Part shown: piece by piece, positions 1 through 11,508 of the stretch
How the letters are laid out: every line of letters begins with the position of its first letter
Position numbering within the stretch: position 1 is the first letter of the stretch
Source of the DNA: Phaeosaccion multiseriatum
Taxonomy: Eukaryota > Protista > Ochrophyta, other classes
Assembly (NCBI GenBank): GCA_965112735.1
Contig: OZ218953.1
Location: 1,116,001 to 1,180,000 of the forward strand
Reading direction: 5' to 3'
Length of the DNA stretch: 64,000 nucleotides
Notes under the pieces: model-generated
The model's database searches: none
The model's input: only the letters and a program-made list of their open reading frames with translations
Told to the model about the DNA's origin: nothing
Made by a program: the position numbers and the translations under genes

Positions 1-250
<250 letters not shown>

Positions 251-356
251 GCTCGCTGTCTGTCCGCACCCTGCCCACCCCACAACTAAATATGCCTGGC
301 CTTGCCTTGCCTACCTTGCCTGCCTCACCCTCTCTCCCCTCCTCCTCCCCCCTCAG

Positions 357-3300
357 GCGGAATCATCCCGTACAGTGCGGCTCGGTGATGGACTGGGCAT
401 GAGTGTGTGGGCCCCGCCTCTCTACGACGGCTCATCACCCTTCGCCAACGGAGCACTCCAGGGTCTCACCCAGCTGCACAGAACGTGAGTGAGGGGATGG
501 GTGGGTGGGTGGGTGGATGGGTGGGTGGGTGGGTGGATGGGTGGGTGGATGGGTCGGTGGGTGGGTGGGTGGGTGGGTGGATGGGTGGGTGGATGGGTCG
601 GTGGGTGGGGTGGGGTGGGCTGATGGATGGGTGGGTGGCGTGGGTGGGTGGGTGTCGAGAGATGGATGGATGCTACCCATGCCTTGGACCTCCTTCCTCC
701 TCACGTACCCTCCTCGTTGCCTCCCTTCGTCTCTCCCTCTCTCTCTCCCTCCCCATGTGCCTACGTTTGTGCGTGTATTCGCGTGTGTGCGTGCATGTGT
801 TGGGGTCCTTCCTGACCCCTCATCGTATCGGACTGCTCCCCGGTGATGCACCCCTTGCTCGGCGTTGGTCTCCTCCCTTCCCTCTCTCTCCTCTTCACCA
901 CATGCCCTTGCTTTGCCTGCTCTCCTCTCCTCTCCTCTCCTCTCCTCTGCTCTGCTCGCCTCTCTTGCCCCTCCCCTCTCTTCTCCTCTTTACCACACAG
1001 GGGCATGGGCCAGGCTGGTGTCAGGAGGGGCGGCGACATCAGTCCCCAGGGCGGCACCAGGGGAGAGGGAAGAAGACAGGACCAACAGTCTCCCCGCCAC
1101 AGGACTCTGGCAGAGCTACAGCACAGGGTAAGAAGAGGCTTATGATAAGCATATGAGAGGCATATGAGAGGCCTACGGGCAAGGGGCCTATGAGAGGTAT
1201 ATGAGAGGCATATGAGAGGCATATGAGAGGCATATGAGAGGCATATGAGAGGCATACGGGCAAGGGGCCTATAGACAAGGGGCCTATGGGCACGGGACAC
1301 GGGGAGGAGAAGTGAGAGGCGTATGGGCATCACCGCACAGCAAAAAGTACAGCGAAAACAAGACAAGAGGAATACAGACAAAAGTAGAGAGGAAGTGAGG
1401 CGTAGAGTAGCGGACTCTGACCCTGACCCTGACCCTGACCCCGACCCTGACCCTGACCCTGACCCTGACCCTGACCCTGAGCCGTTTCCCCACTCGACCT
1501 CCATTGGGCTCTCCCGGGGGGCGCGCTCTGAAGCTTTGCCTATGCGTCTCCTTCTTTCTCCCGCTCCCTTTCTGACCCCCTCTTCCTCTTCCCCTCCCTC
1601 CCACCCACCACCCACCCTCTCTCTCCTTCTCTCTCTATCTCTCTCTCTCAGCTGGAGCAGCTGACAGCGAAGGAGGCGCAGTTGAAGGCGCGCCTTGTAC
1701 TGAGGATGGCAGAGAAAGCTCGAGGCAGGCTCTGGGCAGGAGAGATTGAAGGCCTTACGATAGAGCTCGAGAGACTCGCACGAGCAAGGATAGAGGTGGA
1801 GCAAGCTTCTCAGCAAGTTCAATCCTCCTTCTCGCCTCGAAGACGGGCGCCAGGGGATCGTAACGGGCCCAAGTACACAAGTGTGTCACCGAGGGGAAGC
1901 GGAATGCCGGCAGATGATGGTGGTGATGGTGATGATGATGATGGAGAGAGAGAGAGAGAGAGCAGCACGGAAGGGGGATGGGGCTTTAGAGGAGGGAGGG
2001 GAGGGGGGGATGGCAGCTTGCGGTGCTCTTCTTCATCACGGAGTCCGAGTCGTAGTCCTGTGATGCTGAAGGCGTCGACGCTGCGAGGGAGACAAGTGAG
2101 ACGAGTGGTGGTGAGTCCGAGACTACACTCACTTAGATGGGTCACGACGGAGGAGGAGGAGGAGGAGGGGGGGGGGGATGGGGGGGGCAGCAGGACGGAA
2201 CGGAGTGGAACACAAGCGCAAGTAGAGGGAGGAGGAGGAGGAGGAGGAGGAGGAGGAGGAGGAGGAGGAGGAGGAGGAGGAGGAGGGGGGGGGGGGCGAG
2301 ACGAGAGAAGGCCGGAGCTGCAGCAGTAGGATACGAACCGGAAGAAAGAGAGATACCTCCGGAGAGAGGGGATGGGTGGGAAGGAGGAGGTGGTGGTGAG
2401 GAGGACGAGGCGGAGGAGGAGGCGGAGGAGGCAGAGGAAGAGCACCAGGATCAGCGGCAGCGAAATGGGATGAGAGGCGGGTCTTTCGATGGGGGTTCGT
2501 CTCAAGGGAGCTGTAGGAGCAGGAGCAGCAGCGGCAGGATCGCTGCTCGGCCACCACCCATCCTGACCCAGCCCACTCACAGGGCAGTCGTACGTGCAGC
2601 CGTTGGTGATACAGCAGGCCCTGTCGCGGCCGTGCCCAGCAGGAGCGGGGCGGCGTGTGAACCGTTCTCCTCGCCGGAAGAGAAGAAGGTGGATGCCGGG
2701 GGGGAGGCTACTGCTGTATCACCAACTGCTACAGCTCAAACAGCTCGCCCCCCCTGGGAGGGACCTTCGCCTTGCTCGGCAGCGTACGCCGATGCCCGCC
2801 GCAAATCCGAGGAGGAGGATCTCGACTTTGGCGGCGTGGAGGTCGCTGCTGCCAATGTCGATGTCTGCTCTACAGGAGGGGATAGAAGGGGGGGGGGCTC
2901 CTCCTCATCCTGCTGCTGTATCACCAACTGCTGCTGCTGCTGCTGCTGCTGCCGTATCACCTACTGCTCACAGTCACCGCAAGGTGCTGTCTCTACGCAC
3001 CTCCCCTCCTGCGGTGCCGCAGCCCCGGAGGGCTTCGCAACCCACACACTCATCCGTAGCAGCCGCAGCGAACATCAGATGGGGCCAGGGTCAGGGTCAG
3101 GGTCAGGGCCAAGGTCAGGGTCAGGGTCAGGGTCAGGGGCAGGGTCAGGGGCAGGGTCAGGGTCAGGGTCAGGGGCAGGGTCAGGGTCAGGGGCAGGGGC
3201 AGGGTCAGGGTCAGGTTCAGGGTCAGGGTCAGGGTCACGAGGAGCAGCGGCCATCGCAGCTTGTGGAGCAGAGCTGGTACGGGAGCGGAGACGCCATGCC

Positions 3301-5099
3301 CTATGCAGACGGTACAGGCCCGCCCTCCCCGAGGGAAGGACTAGGAGCCGTTGGTGACACAGCAGGTGATGATACAGCAGTTGGTGGTACAGCAGTTGGT
3401 GGTACATCTGTTAGTGATACGGCAGGGCAAAGGTACTACGATGGATACCTGGAAGGACAGCAGCAGCAGCAGCAGCGGCGGCCGTCATATGGGCAGCAGC
3501 ACGGCCCCTTCCCTCCTGCCTTTGCCTCAACCTTTGCTGCAGCCCCTCCTCCCTCTGGCTTTCCATCTGCCCCTCCTCCCTCTGGCTTTGCTTCTGCCCC
3601 TGTGGTGCCCCACACTCCAACCGAGACGGGCTACTGGGGTCAGCACGAACAGCAGCAGCAACAGCAGCAACAGCAGCAGCACTGGCAGCCTTACGGGCAG
3701 CACTCATATGGGCAGCAGCACTTGGGGTTGGAGCGGGGCCGGCGCGCCTCCCACGCAGGTAGGTGGGAAAGGGTATATGAGAGGGAAATGAAATGAGGAG
3801 GAAGGGGAGGAGGAGGAGGAGGAGGAGGAAGGGGAGGAGGAGGAGGAGAAGAAGGAGGAGGAGGAGGAGGAGGAGGAGGAGGAGAGGAGGAGGAGGAGGA
3901 GGAGGAGGAGGAGGAGAGGAGGAGGAGGAGGAGGAGGAGGAGGAGGAGGAGGAGCAGGAGGAGGAGGAGGAAGAAGAGGAAGAGGAAGGGGGAGGGAGGG
4001 GACGTTCACCCACACTCCGCCACAGAGCAGAAAGCCCCGCTTCTTTGCCACCACCTCGAACATCCCCCCACCGTCCACTTGACCTATTGATTTGTGCGTC
4101 GGCTCATTCAGTCTCTTGCTCTCTCCCTCTCTCTCCGTCTTTCTCCCTCTCTCTCTCCCTCTCTCTCTCTCTCCCTCTCTCTCCCTCTCTCCCTCTCTCC
4201 CTCTCTCCCTCTCCCTTCTCTCTCCCTCTCTCTACCTGTCCCTGTCTCTCTGTCTCTCTCTCTTTCTCTTCGCTCTTTCTCTCTCTGTGTGTACGTATGT
4301 ATTTATGTGTGTGTGTGCGTGTGCGTGTGTGCAGTGCCAGGGTTTGGAGCTTGGACGCACTCTGGCGCCGACTCGCCACCTCATACGTACACCGACAACA
4401 GCTCCTTTGGGAGGTGAGCTGTGTGGGGAGGAGGGAGGGAGGGAAGGAGGGAGGGAGGGACCACTGCCGGACTGCCCAGTGACACCCTTCTCCTGTGCGG
4501 GCTCTCTCCCTTCCTCTCTCTGTCCCTCTCTTGTCTCTCTCTCTCGCTCTCTCCCTTCCTCTCTCTGTCCCTCTCTTGTCTCTCTCTCTCGCTCTCTCCC
4601 TTCCTCTCTCTGTCCCTCTCTTGTCTCTCTCTCGCTCTCTCCCTTCCTCTCTCTGTCCCTCTCTTGTCTCTCTCTCGCTCTCTCCCTTCCTCTCTGTCCC
4701 TCTCTTGTCTCTCTCTCGCTCTCTCCCTTCCTCTCTCTGTCCCTCTCTTGTCTCTCTCTCTCGCTCTCTCCCTTCCTGTCTCTGTCCCTCTTCCCCTCCT
4801 TCTCTCTCTTGTCTCTCTCTCGCTCTCTCCCTTCCTCTCTCTGTCCCTCTCTGTCTCTCTCTCTCGCTCTCTCCCTTCCTGTCTCTGTCCCTCTTCCCCT
4901 CCTTCTCTCTCTTGTCTCTCTCTCGCTCTCTCCCTTCCTCTCTCTGTCCCTCTCTCTCTCTCTCTCTCGCTCTCTCCCTTCCTGTCTCTGTCCCTCTTCC
5001 CCTCCTTCTCTCTCTCGCTCTCTCCCTTCCTCTCTCTGTCCCTCTTCCTCGCCTTCTCTCTCTTGTATCTCAATCTCTCCTTCTCGGCCTATCCTCCCC

Positions 5100-5136
<37 letters not shown>

Positions 5137-5788
5137 TTTCCCTCCCTCTCTTTCTCTCTTGTCTTGCTCTGAACTGCCACACAGCCACACGCACCCGTAC
5201 AGCAGAGGCAGAACAAACTCTCTTCCGGGCCCCAGCATGTTGGCAGGAGGAGGGGGGCCCGCGAGGCTCACAACGCAGGTACACAACTCTCTCTCTCTCT
5301 CTCTGGACTCTCTCCCTCTCTCGTCTCTCTCCCTCCCTCCCTCCCTCTCTCTCTCTTGTCTCTCTCTCTCCCTCTCTCATCTCTCTCCCCCCCTCTCTCT
5401 TCTCTCTCTCTCTCTCTTGATTCCTTGGTTTCCCAAACCAAACCAACTCTCCTTGCCTCATGCACCTGCTTTCTTCCCTTCTACTCCATCTGTGCATACG
5501 TGTGTGTGTGTGTGTGTGTGTGTGCGTGCGTGCGTGTTGTGTGCGTGCGTGTCTCCCCCACAGGTGTATGAGACAACGCGCATGGAGAGCGAAGACGTGC
5601 GTGGCGCTCGAGTTATGGCCACGCTGGCCGGGGATGGCAGTCGATGGCGGAGCAAAGCTGCTGCACGCAAGAGGAGGGGAAGCAAGGCCAAGGCGGGGGA
5701 CCTTCGAAAGAGCCTCGAAAAGAGCAGACAACAACAACAGCAGCAGCAGCAGCAGCAGGAGGAGGAGGAGGAGGAGGGACGGGAATGA
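357..5788 (+). CDS. Hypothetical low-complexity protein, 5'-truncated, multi-exon (short coiled coil, GQ repeats, poly-Q/E)
   Basis: AG/GT-bounded exons at ~357-484, 1001-1127, 1651-3758, 4335-4412, ~5186-5278 and 5564-5788 (..[16 protein letters not shown]). Exon 3 needs two frame changes, both at G homopolymers (~2285-2296, ~2888-2897). No recognisable domain. Confidence 0.6.
3086..3237 (+). repeat. (CAGGGT/CAGGGG)n hexamer tract encoding GQ repeats
   Basis: Tandem hexamers inside exon 3. The complementary (CCCTGA)n occurs at ~1417-1480. Confidence 0.9.
4500..5060. repeat. CT-rich intronic minisatellite (~40-bp unit)
   Basis: Repeated CTCTCTCCCTTCCTCTCTCTGTCCCTCTCTTGTCTCTCTCTCG-like units. 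Confidence 0.85.
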
Positions 5789-6882
5789 GGGAGACGGCGA
5801 ACTGGGTGGTACCGCGGGATGCCCACCTGCACGGACACACACACACACACACACACGGATGGCTATTATAATATTTGCTGATTGTTGTAATGATCTCTCT
5901 TCATCCATCTCACCAACACAAGTCTTGCTTTTTGGTTGTGTATTTCGGGTTTACGTAGTACTTCCTCGCAGTAGTAAGAAAGAAACACTGAAAAGGAAGG
6001 CGTTTGTGTGCCCTCCTTGCCTTGCCTTGCTTCGCTTCAATCGTCCCGTGTCCTTCCTCAGGACCTCTCCAGCCCCCCCCCCCCCTGCTGTTTTTGTGCT
6101 GCGGTGGTTGTGTCGAATACACTGAAAGCTTTCTTCCCACTATTTTCTCTTCCTTAGGTATTTACTTCCTCTTTCTCTTTTCTTTTTGTAATTACTCCCC
6201 TCTTTCTCTTTTCTTTTTGTAGTTTTAACTCCCCCTTTTTTCATGTCCCGACAGTATTTCTGTTGTCGTCTCCGCCTGTCTTCTCCGTCGGGTACGTATT
6301 TGCCAGCCTCCTATCGTCATCCTATGTACAGTCCCTTCTCTCTTTTTTGTTTTTGTTTGTTGGACGCTCATGTCGGTCGCCCCTTCTCTCCTCTCTCTTC
6401 TTTACATAAAAAAGTCCCTGTTCTCGCCAGCCACCCGTCCGACAAATCCCCCCCAAGAATAAGGGCCAAAATCGCCCTCCCCCTCTCCCTCCCCCCTCTT
6501 CGTTTGCTGCTGTATCACCAACTGCTGCGGTTGCTACCGCTAGTCCTCCGCTTCTGGCTCATGAGTCAAGTCCTCTCGGAGCCGCCCTTTCGCTCGTCAA
6601 AAAACACCCCCCGCCCCGTCCCCCTCTTCCCCACCCCGCCGCCCTACCATCCGGCACCATTCCCTCGCTTCTTTCCAACCCGTTTCAACTCCTCAACTCC
6701 AGAGCTCGTACGCAGCAATCACCATCCCCTCCCTACCTCTTTGTATGTACATATCCATGCTTGGCTCGCGACTGCGGCGCCTCAAATGACTCAAGACACC
6801 CAGTAGTCTCGTTGGTGTCAGCCTCGGCACCCACCCACCCTTCCTCAGGCCCTTGTCCTTGCCTTTGCAGGCCTCGCTGCGC

Positions 6883-7797
6883 TCACATGATGACGCAGTC
6901 CTTGCCGGCAGCGGCGCTTCCCTTCGCCCCCGCCACGCCAGCGCACGAAGAAGAAGAACAAGAAGAAGAAGACGACGATGACAAGACTGCCGCCTTGGCC
7001 TTCGCCTTGGTAGCAGCCTTGGCAGCGGTGTTGGTGCTGTTGCTGCCGTGCTCGAGGAGCTGCGCCCCACCACCACAGAGGGCTTCCTCTCGATCGATGA
7101 TGTCATACTCGTAGTCCGCAAGCTCCTCCGCCGCAGAGCAGTCCAGGGCCGGCAAGATAAGGCCAGTGGCGGTGCCAGTGGTAGGGGCAGGAGCAGGGGC
7201 ATCACCAGTAGCAGCAGTACCAGCCACGGAACAAGACGAAGACGAAGCCGAGGCGTCGCCTGGTGTCCATTCCGCCGAGTCCGCTGAGAGCTTGGTGGAG
7301 CGAGTAGCGGCTGTGAGGGCGGAAGATGCTCGAGCGCTGGTGTCGCCTCTCGCGCTGGATGAGGCCGGGGCGGCAGTAAGGGAGCGAGCGAAGCTCATGC
7401 CAGCAAAGGCCAGGGAGGCTGCCCGTGAGGTGTAAGTGGCGGACGGGCGAGGGGCCGTGGACACGGGAGGGGCGGCGAAGGCCCGGCTACTGCTCCTGCC
7501 CGCACCAGATGATGAGGATGAGGGTGAGGATGATGATGATGATGGTGATGATGGCGCGGTGACTTGGGCTTGGCTCTCCTTCGCCGCCGCTGCCGCCTCG
7601 CAACAGGGACTGGTGCCGCTGCTGCCATCCTCGGCCAGCTCCTTGAGCACCCTTCGGAAGCGCCTTCGGTTAAAGTCGTACTGCGGTATTGCCCGCTTGA
7701 CCTCTTGCGCGATCCTCCCCGCACCCATACTCGGGTGGGCCGCCTTGACCTCCTTGATGGCATTGAGCAGGACGGCGTCGGGGCACAGGGTCGCCAT
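6883..7797 (-). CDS. Single-exon 304-aa protein: N-terminal helical (HTH-like) domain, Ser/Ala-rich linker, C-terminal CaaX box (CVIM*)
   Basis: ATG at 7797 (MATLCPDAVLLNAIKEVKAAHPSMGAGRIAQEVKRAIPQYDFNRRRFRRVLKEL..). Ends ..GKDCVIM-TGA. Downstream sequence lacks a polypyrimidine tract, so the stop looks real. Confidence 0.65.
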   Translation of the reverse strand: MATLCPDAVLLNAIKEVKAAHPSMGAGRIAQEVKRAIPQYDFNRRRFRRVLKELAEDGSSGTSPCCEAAAAAKESQAQVTAPSSPSSSSSSPSSSSSGAGRSSSRAFAAPPVSTAPRPSATYTSRAASLAFAGMSFARSLTAAPASSSARGDTSARASSALTAATRSTKLSADSAEWTPGDASASSSSCSVAGTAATGDAPAPAPTTGTATGLILPALDCSAAEELADYEYDIIDREEALCGGGAQLLEHGSNSTNTAAKAATKAKAKAAVLSSSSSSSCSSSSCAGVAGAKGSAAAGKDCVIM

Positions 7798-8723
7798 GAT
7801 AAGGACCGCTGCTTCTGCTGCTGCTACTGCTGCTTCTGCTACTGCTTGTATGCCCTGTCGTCCTCGTGCTCTGTTCTCCCGACTCGGCGGACGTCGCGAA
7901 GTCGCGAATGTTCGATGCTGAGCTGACGTTGGGTTTTGGTTGAAGGCTGTAGCCGAGATTGGAAGGGGCAAGAGGGAAGCAAAGGGGGTGCAGAAGGAGT
8001 GGGGAGAAGTATGGCAAGCCGCGACATGAGCTGGTGAGCTGCGGGAAGCGCGGGTTGGCAAGGAACGAGCAAGAAGAGGAGGAAAAAAATACAGAAGTAA
8101 AAGAAAGGATTGAAAAGGAAAGAGAAAAGGGGATGTGAATGGCGATGCAAGCGATCACAGACACACAAGACACAGGAATAGAAAGGGAGGCACATCCAGA
8201 GGCTTCAGGGGTGAGAAAGGGGGGGGGGGGGGGGTCTCTTAGTTCAGAGAGCGCGCTCGGATGAACAAAAAGAAACAAGACAAAAGCCGTTTCCGGTAGT
8301 TTGGCCCGCTGCAGAAAAAAGAGCTCACACGCAGCGAAAGCTTCTAGATGCCATGTTCCACTCCAACAATAGCCATAAGCCCCTTACGTTCTTGTAAGCT
8401 TTTGATGTCCTACGTCGCTGCTGTTGTTGTTCGTGCGCGTGCGGATGATTCAAGTGGAAACGTGTCAGGAATGTGACACTTAAACTGGATGGCAGCTGAC
8501 GGTGTTTTTTCCCCACCTTCTCCTTCCCTCTCTAGAGCCTTCTCCCCAGACAATACCCTTTCCAGTTGAAGGACTCCGAGGAAGGACTTGAGGAAAACAA
8601 ATCATAGCCACCAGATTGTGAAGGACGACATTCTCTTCCGGGTCCCACAAGGCGTCGTCCTGAGAACAAAGAGGAGGCTCTGGAGGAGAGGCGGGAGGAA
8701 GTACATCGTCAAGAAGTAGCAAC

Positions 8724-10533
8724 ATGGTTCTCGCTACCCTAGACTCGATGCGGAAGAAGAACCAGAAGGAGGAGGCAGAGGAGAAGAAGGGGGAGACTTA
8801 CTATACTGGAGGGGCCGGGAGAGACGGAGGAAGGTGGGTGGCGAGTGTTGTATAGTAGAGGGCAACGCGATTGGAGCGACTGGGCGCGCGTGTGCGTCTC
8901 TCCTCATGCGGAGCCTCTTGTGGGCGGACGGTGTCAATCCGAGGCGGGTGACTTGATGAGACTTCTGCGGGATTTACCTCTCCAGCGGGGTTCCCCTCCA
9001 CCACCTGATGGCATTGGTGGGGAATGGGGGTGACTCGCTGCTTTTGTGGTGTGGAGTGTGTCTTTACATCTCTTTCTAAACCTCAAGACCTTCGCGCGCA
9101 AGCCCGTCCATGCTCCGGTGCCCCTTGAAGACCTCCCCCTCTTCCATCTCTAAACTACTCTTGTCCTCCTCCCCCTCCTTCTCTCTCCTCCTCCTCCTCC
9201 TCCTCCTCCTCCTCCTCCTCCTCAGCGGATTGGCAGTTTACGGGAACCCAGAGGACGGGCCGGGCGGAGGAGCATCAGGGGAGGGGGGCTTTGACAGCAT
9301 CGTCAGCCGAGCGCAGGCCACGTGAGTCAGGGCTATACCACCAACGCGCGCGCCTCGCTTTACACAAGTCCGATGTGGTTCCTTGTTGTTCCTTTCTTCC
9401 CAATTGATCAATGTGGCCGCTGCTCGTGTGTATGCCTTTGCCTGCTTTCCCTCCCTCTCCTCTTCTCTCCTCTCCCGCTGCGCAGGGGAGGAGCATCGGG
9501 CGGCGGAGGAGCGGGAGCGAGAGGGGCGGGGGGAGGAGGAGAGGAAGGGGAAGAAGGCCCTCCCACTCGGACCATCATCCTCTGGCGAGACGGATTCACT
9601 CTGGACGACGGGCCCCTGCGGCTTCGAGAGGACCCCGCTAACACGGCTTTCCTCTCCGACCTCTCCAAAGGGGTCGTGCCGAAGGAGCTCGAGCAGGGGG
9701 CGTCCGGCAGACAGGTGGGCAGACACGGACATATGGGCAGGCAGACAGGCAGGCATATGGACGGGTCGGCAGGTGGAAAGGTACATGAGCACGCGTGTGG
9801 ACAGGCAGGCAGGCAGGTGCTCAAAGGCCTTCCCTCTCGTCTGCCTGGGCCTCTATTGTTCTACAGCAGAAGTTCCTCCTCTCGCCTCTCCCTGATACAA
9901 TACACCACCCCCCCCTCGGCTTGCAGGTGAGCGTAGCGCTGCAGGACCGCCGTACTGAGGACTACGTTGCCCCTGCCGAGCCCGCGTACAGAGCCTACTC
10001 GGGAGAGGGGCAGACGCTCGCGGCGCCTTCAGTTAATGCCAGCGCTGTGGTTGGGGGAGGAGGGACGGGAGGAGGAGGAGCAGACGGGGCTTCGGGGGCG
10101 GCGGTGGAGGTTCCGGAAGTGGACAGTTCTCAGCCGGCGACGACGCTGCAGATTCGACTGCACGACGGGCGGAGAGTGCGTGCGCAGCTCAATTTAACGC
10201 ACACGGTGGCGCATGTGCAGGCCGTTGTGCGGAGGTGAGTGAGTGAGTGTTGGTGTTCAACTGGTCGCACCCAGGCAGGGGTTGAGGGATGTACCTTCTC
10301 CCTTCTCCACCCCTCCCCCATATCCCCTACCCCCTATATCCCTCATACACATCTTCCTTCCTTCCTTCCTTCCTTCCTTCCTTCCTTCTTTCCTTCCGAC
10401 AAGCAGAGAAGGAGCAGGGGACGCCCCTTACGTGCTGATGGCAGGCTTCCCCCCCGCGCAGCTCACCAACTTCAGTGCGACCCTCGAGGAGGCGGGACTT
10501 AAGGGAGCCTCAATCACTCAGAAGCTTGCTTAG
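8724..10533 (+). CDS. NSFL1C: p47/p37-type Cdc48/p97 cofactor (SEP, SHP box, UBX; no UBA seen)
   Basis: Phase-consistent exons 8724-8833, 9226-9321, 9486-9714, 9927-10234, 10407-10533. Motifs YYTGG..SGLAV, SEP IILWRDGFTLDDGPLR..KGVVPKEL, SHP YSGEGQTL, UBX TTLQIRLHDG..GFPP..TLEEAGL. Confidence 0.9.
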
Positions 10534-11402
10534 GCCTGGGCTGGCCTCACTCAGAAGCTTGCTTCGGGCTTTCGGGCTGTGGGCGAAGGGCGAAGGGCTT
10601 AGGCCCCTGGGCTGGACGCTTTGGAGCTGAATAGCCTAGGGTAGCTTGGCTCTTGCCTCTTGACTCTTGGCGCGCGCTCTCTCTCTCTCTCTCTGGGCTG
10701 GGGTGGGCTGGTCTTTAGGCCACCACGAGGAAGAGGAAGAAATCAAATCGCCCTCCATGGCGTCGAAGGAGGGCCGAGGAGGGGGGTGCGGATACTAAAA
10801 AAAAAGCTGTTGCCGCTGCTCATGGCACTGCTCATGGCGATTCGAGGGCGCGGTGTTGTGAAGATAAGGAGAGAGAGAGGGGAGGGGGGCGATACATGGG
10901 ATCTCGTGCTTGGGTGTGGGTGTGGGTATACGGGCTACAGGTGGTCGTCGACGACGGAGCGAGACTGACCCTGAAACGGGGAGGGGGGGAGGTGGACGGA
11001 AAGAAGGACAAGAAGGGACAGGGCGGGACGGGGGTGTGAGGGGATGCGTTGGCTTCTGCAAGTGGCGCCGTGCACACGAGCGGTGCCCTGCCTCCGGGTT
11101 GGGGCGAGGGACATTCTTAATTATAAAAAACAAAACAAAAAAAAACAAGTAAAATGTTGCCTCGAGTTTTTTTAAAGTGAAGTACGTACGATCACCAAAC
11201 TTTGATTTCTTCTCACCCATTTGGGTGCTTGCTAAACCATAGCCAGGAAGAAGGCATATCCCGTTGAGACGCCCCCCTCCCCCCCCCCCCCGCTCCCACC
11301 TGCTTAAATTCGACCCACCCCTTGCTTATCCGTCGACGCCAACAGGCAGGCCAAAAAAGCCAAAACAAATCGGCATCGATAAGTGAGTAGCTTGTACGCT
11401 TG

Positions 11403-11466
11403 ACTCACTCACTCATTCACTCACTCACTCACTCACTCACTCACTCACTCACTCACTCACTCACTC
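11403..11466. repeat. (CACT)n microsatellite downstream of GluRS
   Basis: Tandem CACT/ACTC run. Confidence 0.9.
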
Positions 11467-11508
11467 GTTCACGTTTGTGCTGCTCCTCTCCGTCGCTCAC
11501 AGCTCACA

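Noticed and set aside
2280-2900. Two apparent frameshifts in the first gene (programmed frameshifting or pseudogene?)
   Set aside because: Both fall in long G homopolymers, typical of long-read consensus errors. Needs read-level checking.
3760-5560. Long ORFs of poly-RE, poly-SL and poly-G (e.g. 4232-5908, 4092-5420)
   Set aside because: Translations of intronic GA/CT/GGA microsatellites. The same applies to most ORF-track entries in 33-46 kb and 49-52 kb.
7630-7797. IS3-type transposase suggested by the HTH_21-like N-terminus
   Set aside because: No DDE/integrase core, TIRs or TSD nearby. Treated as a host gene with an HTH-like module.
10514-10565. Duplicated TCACTCAGAAGCTTGCTT across the UBX gene stop codon
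   Set aside because: Short local slippage duplication with no evidence of function or of an intervening element.
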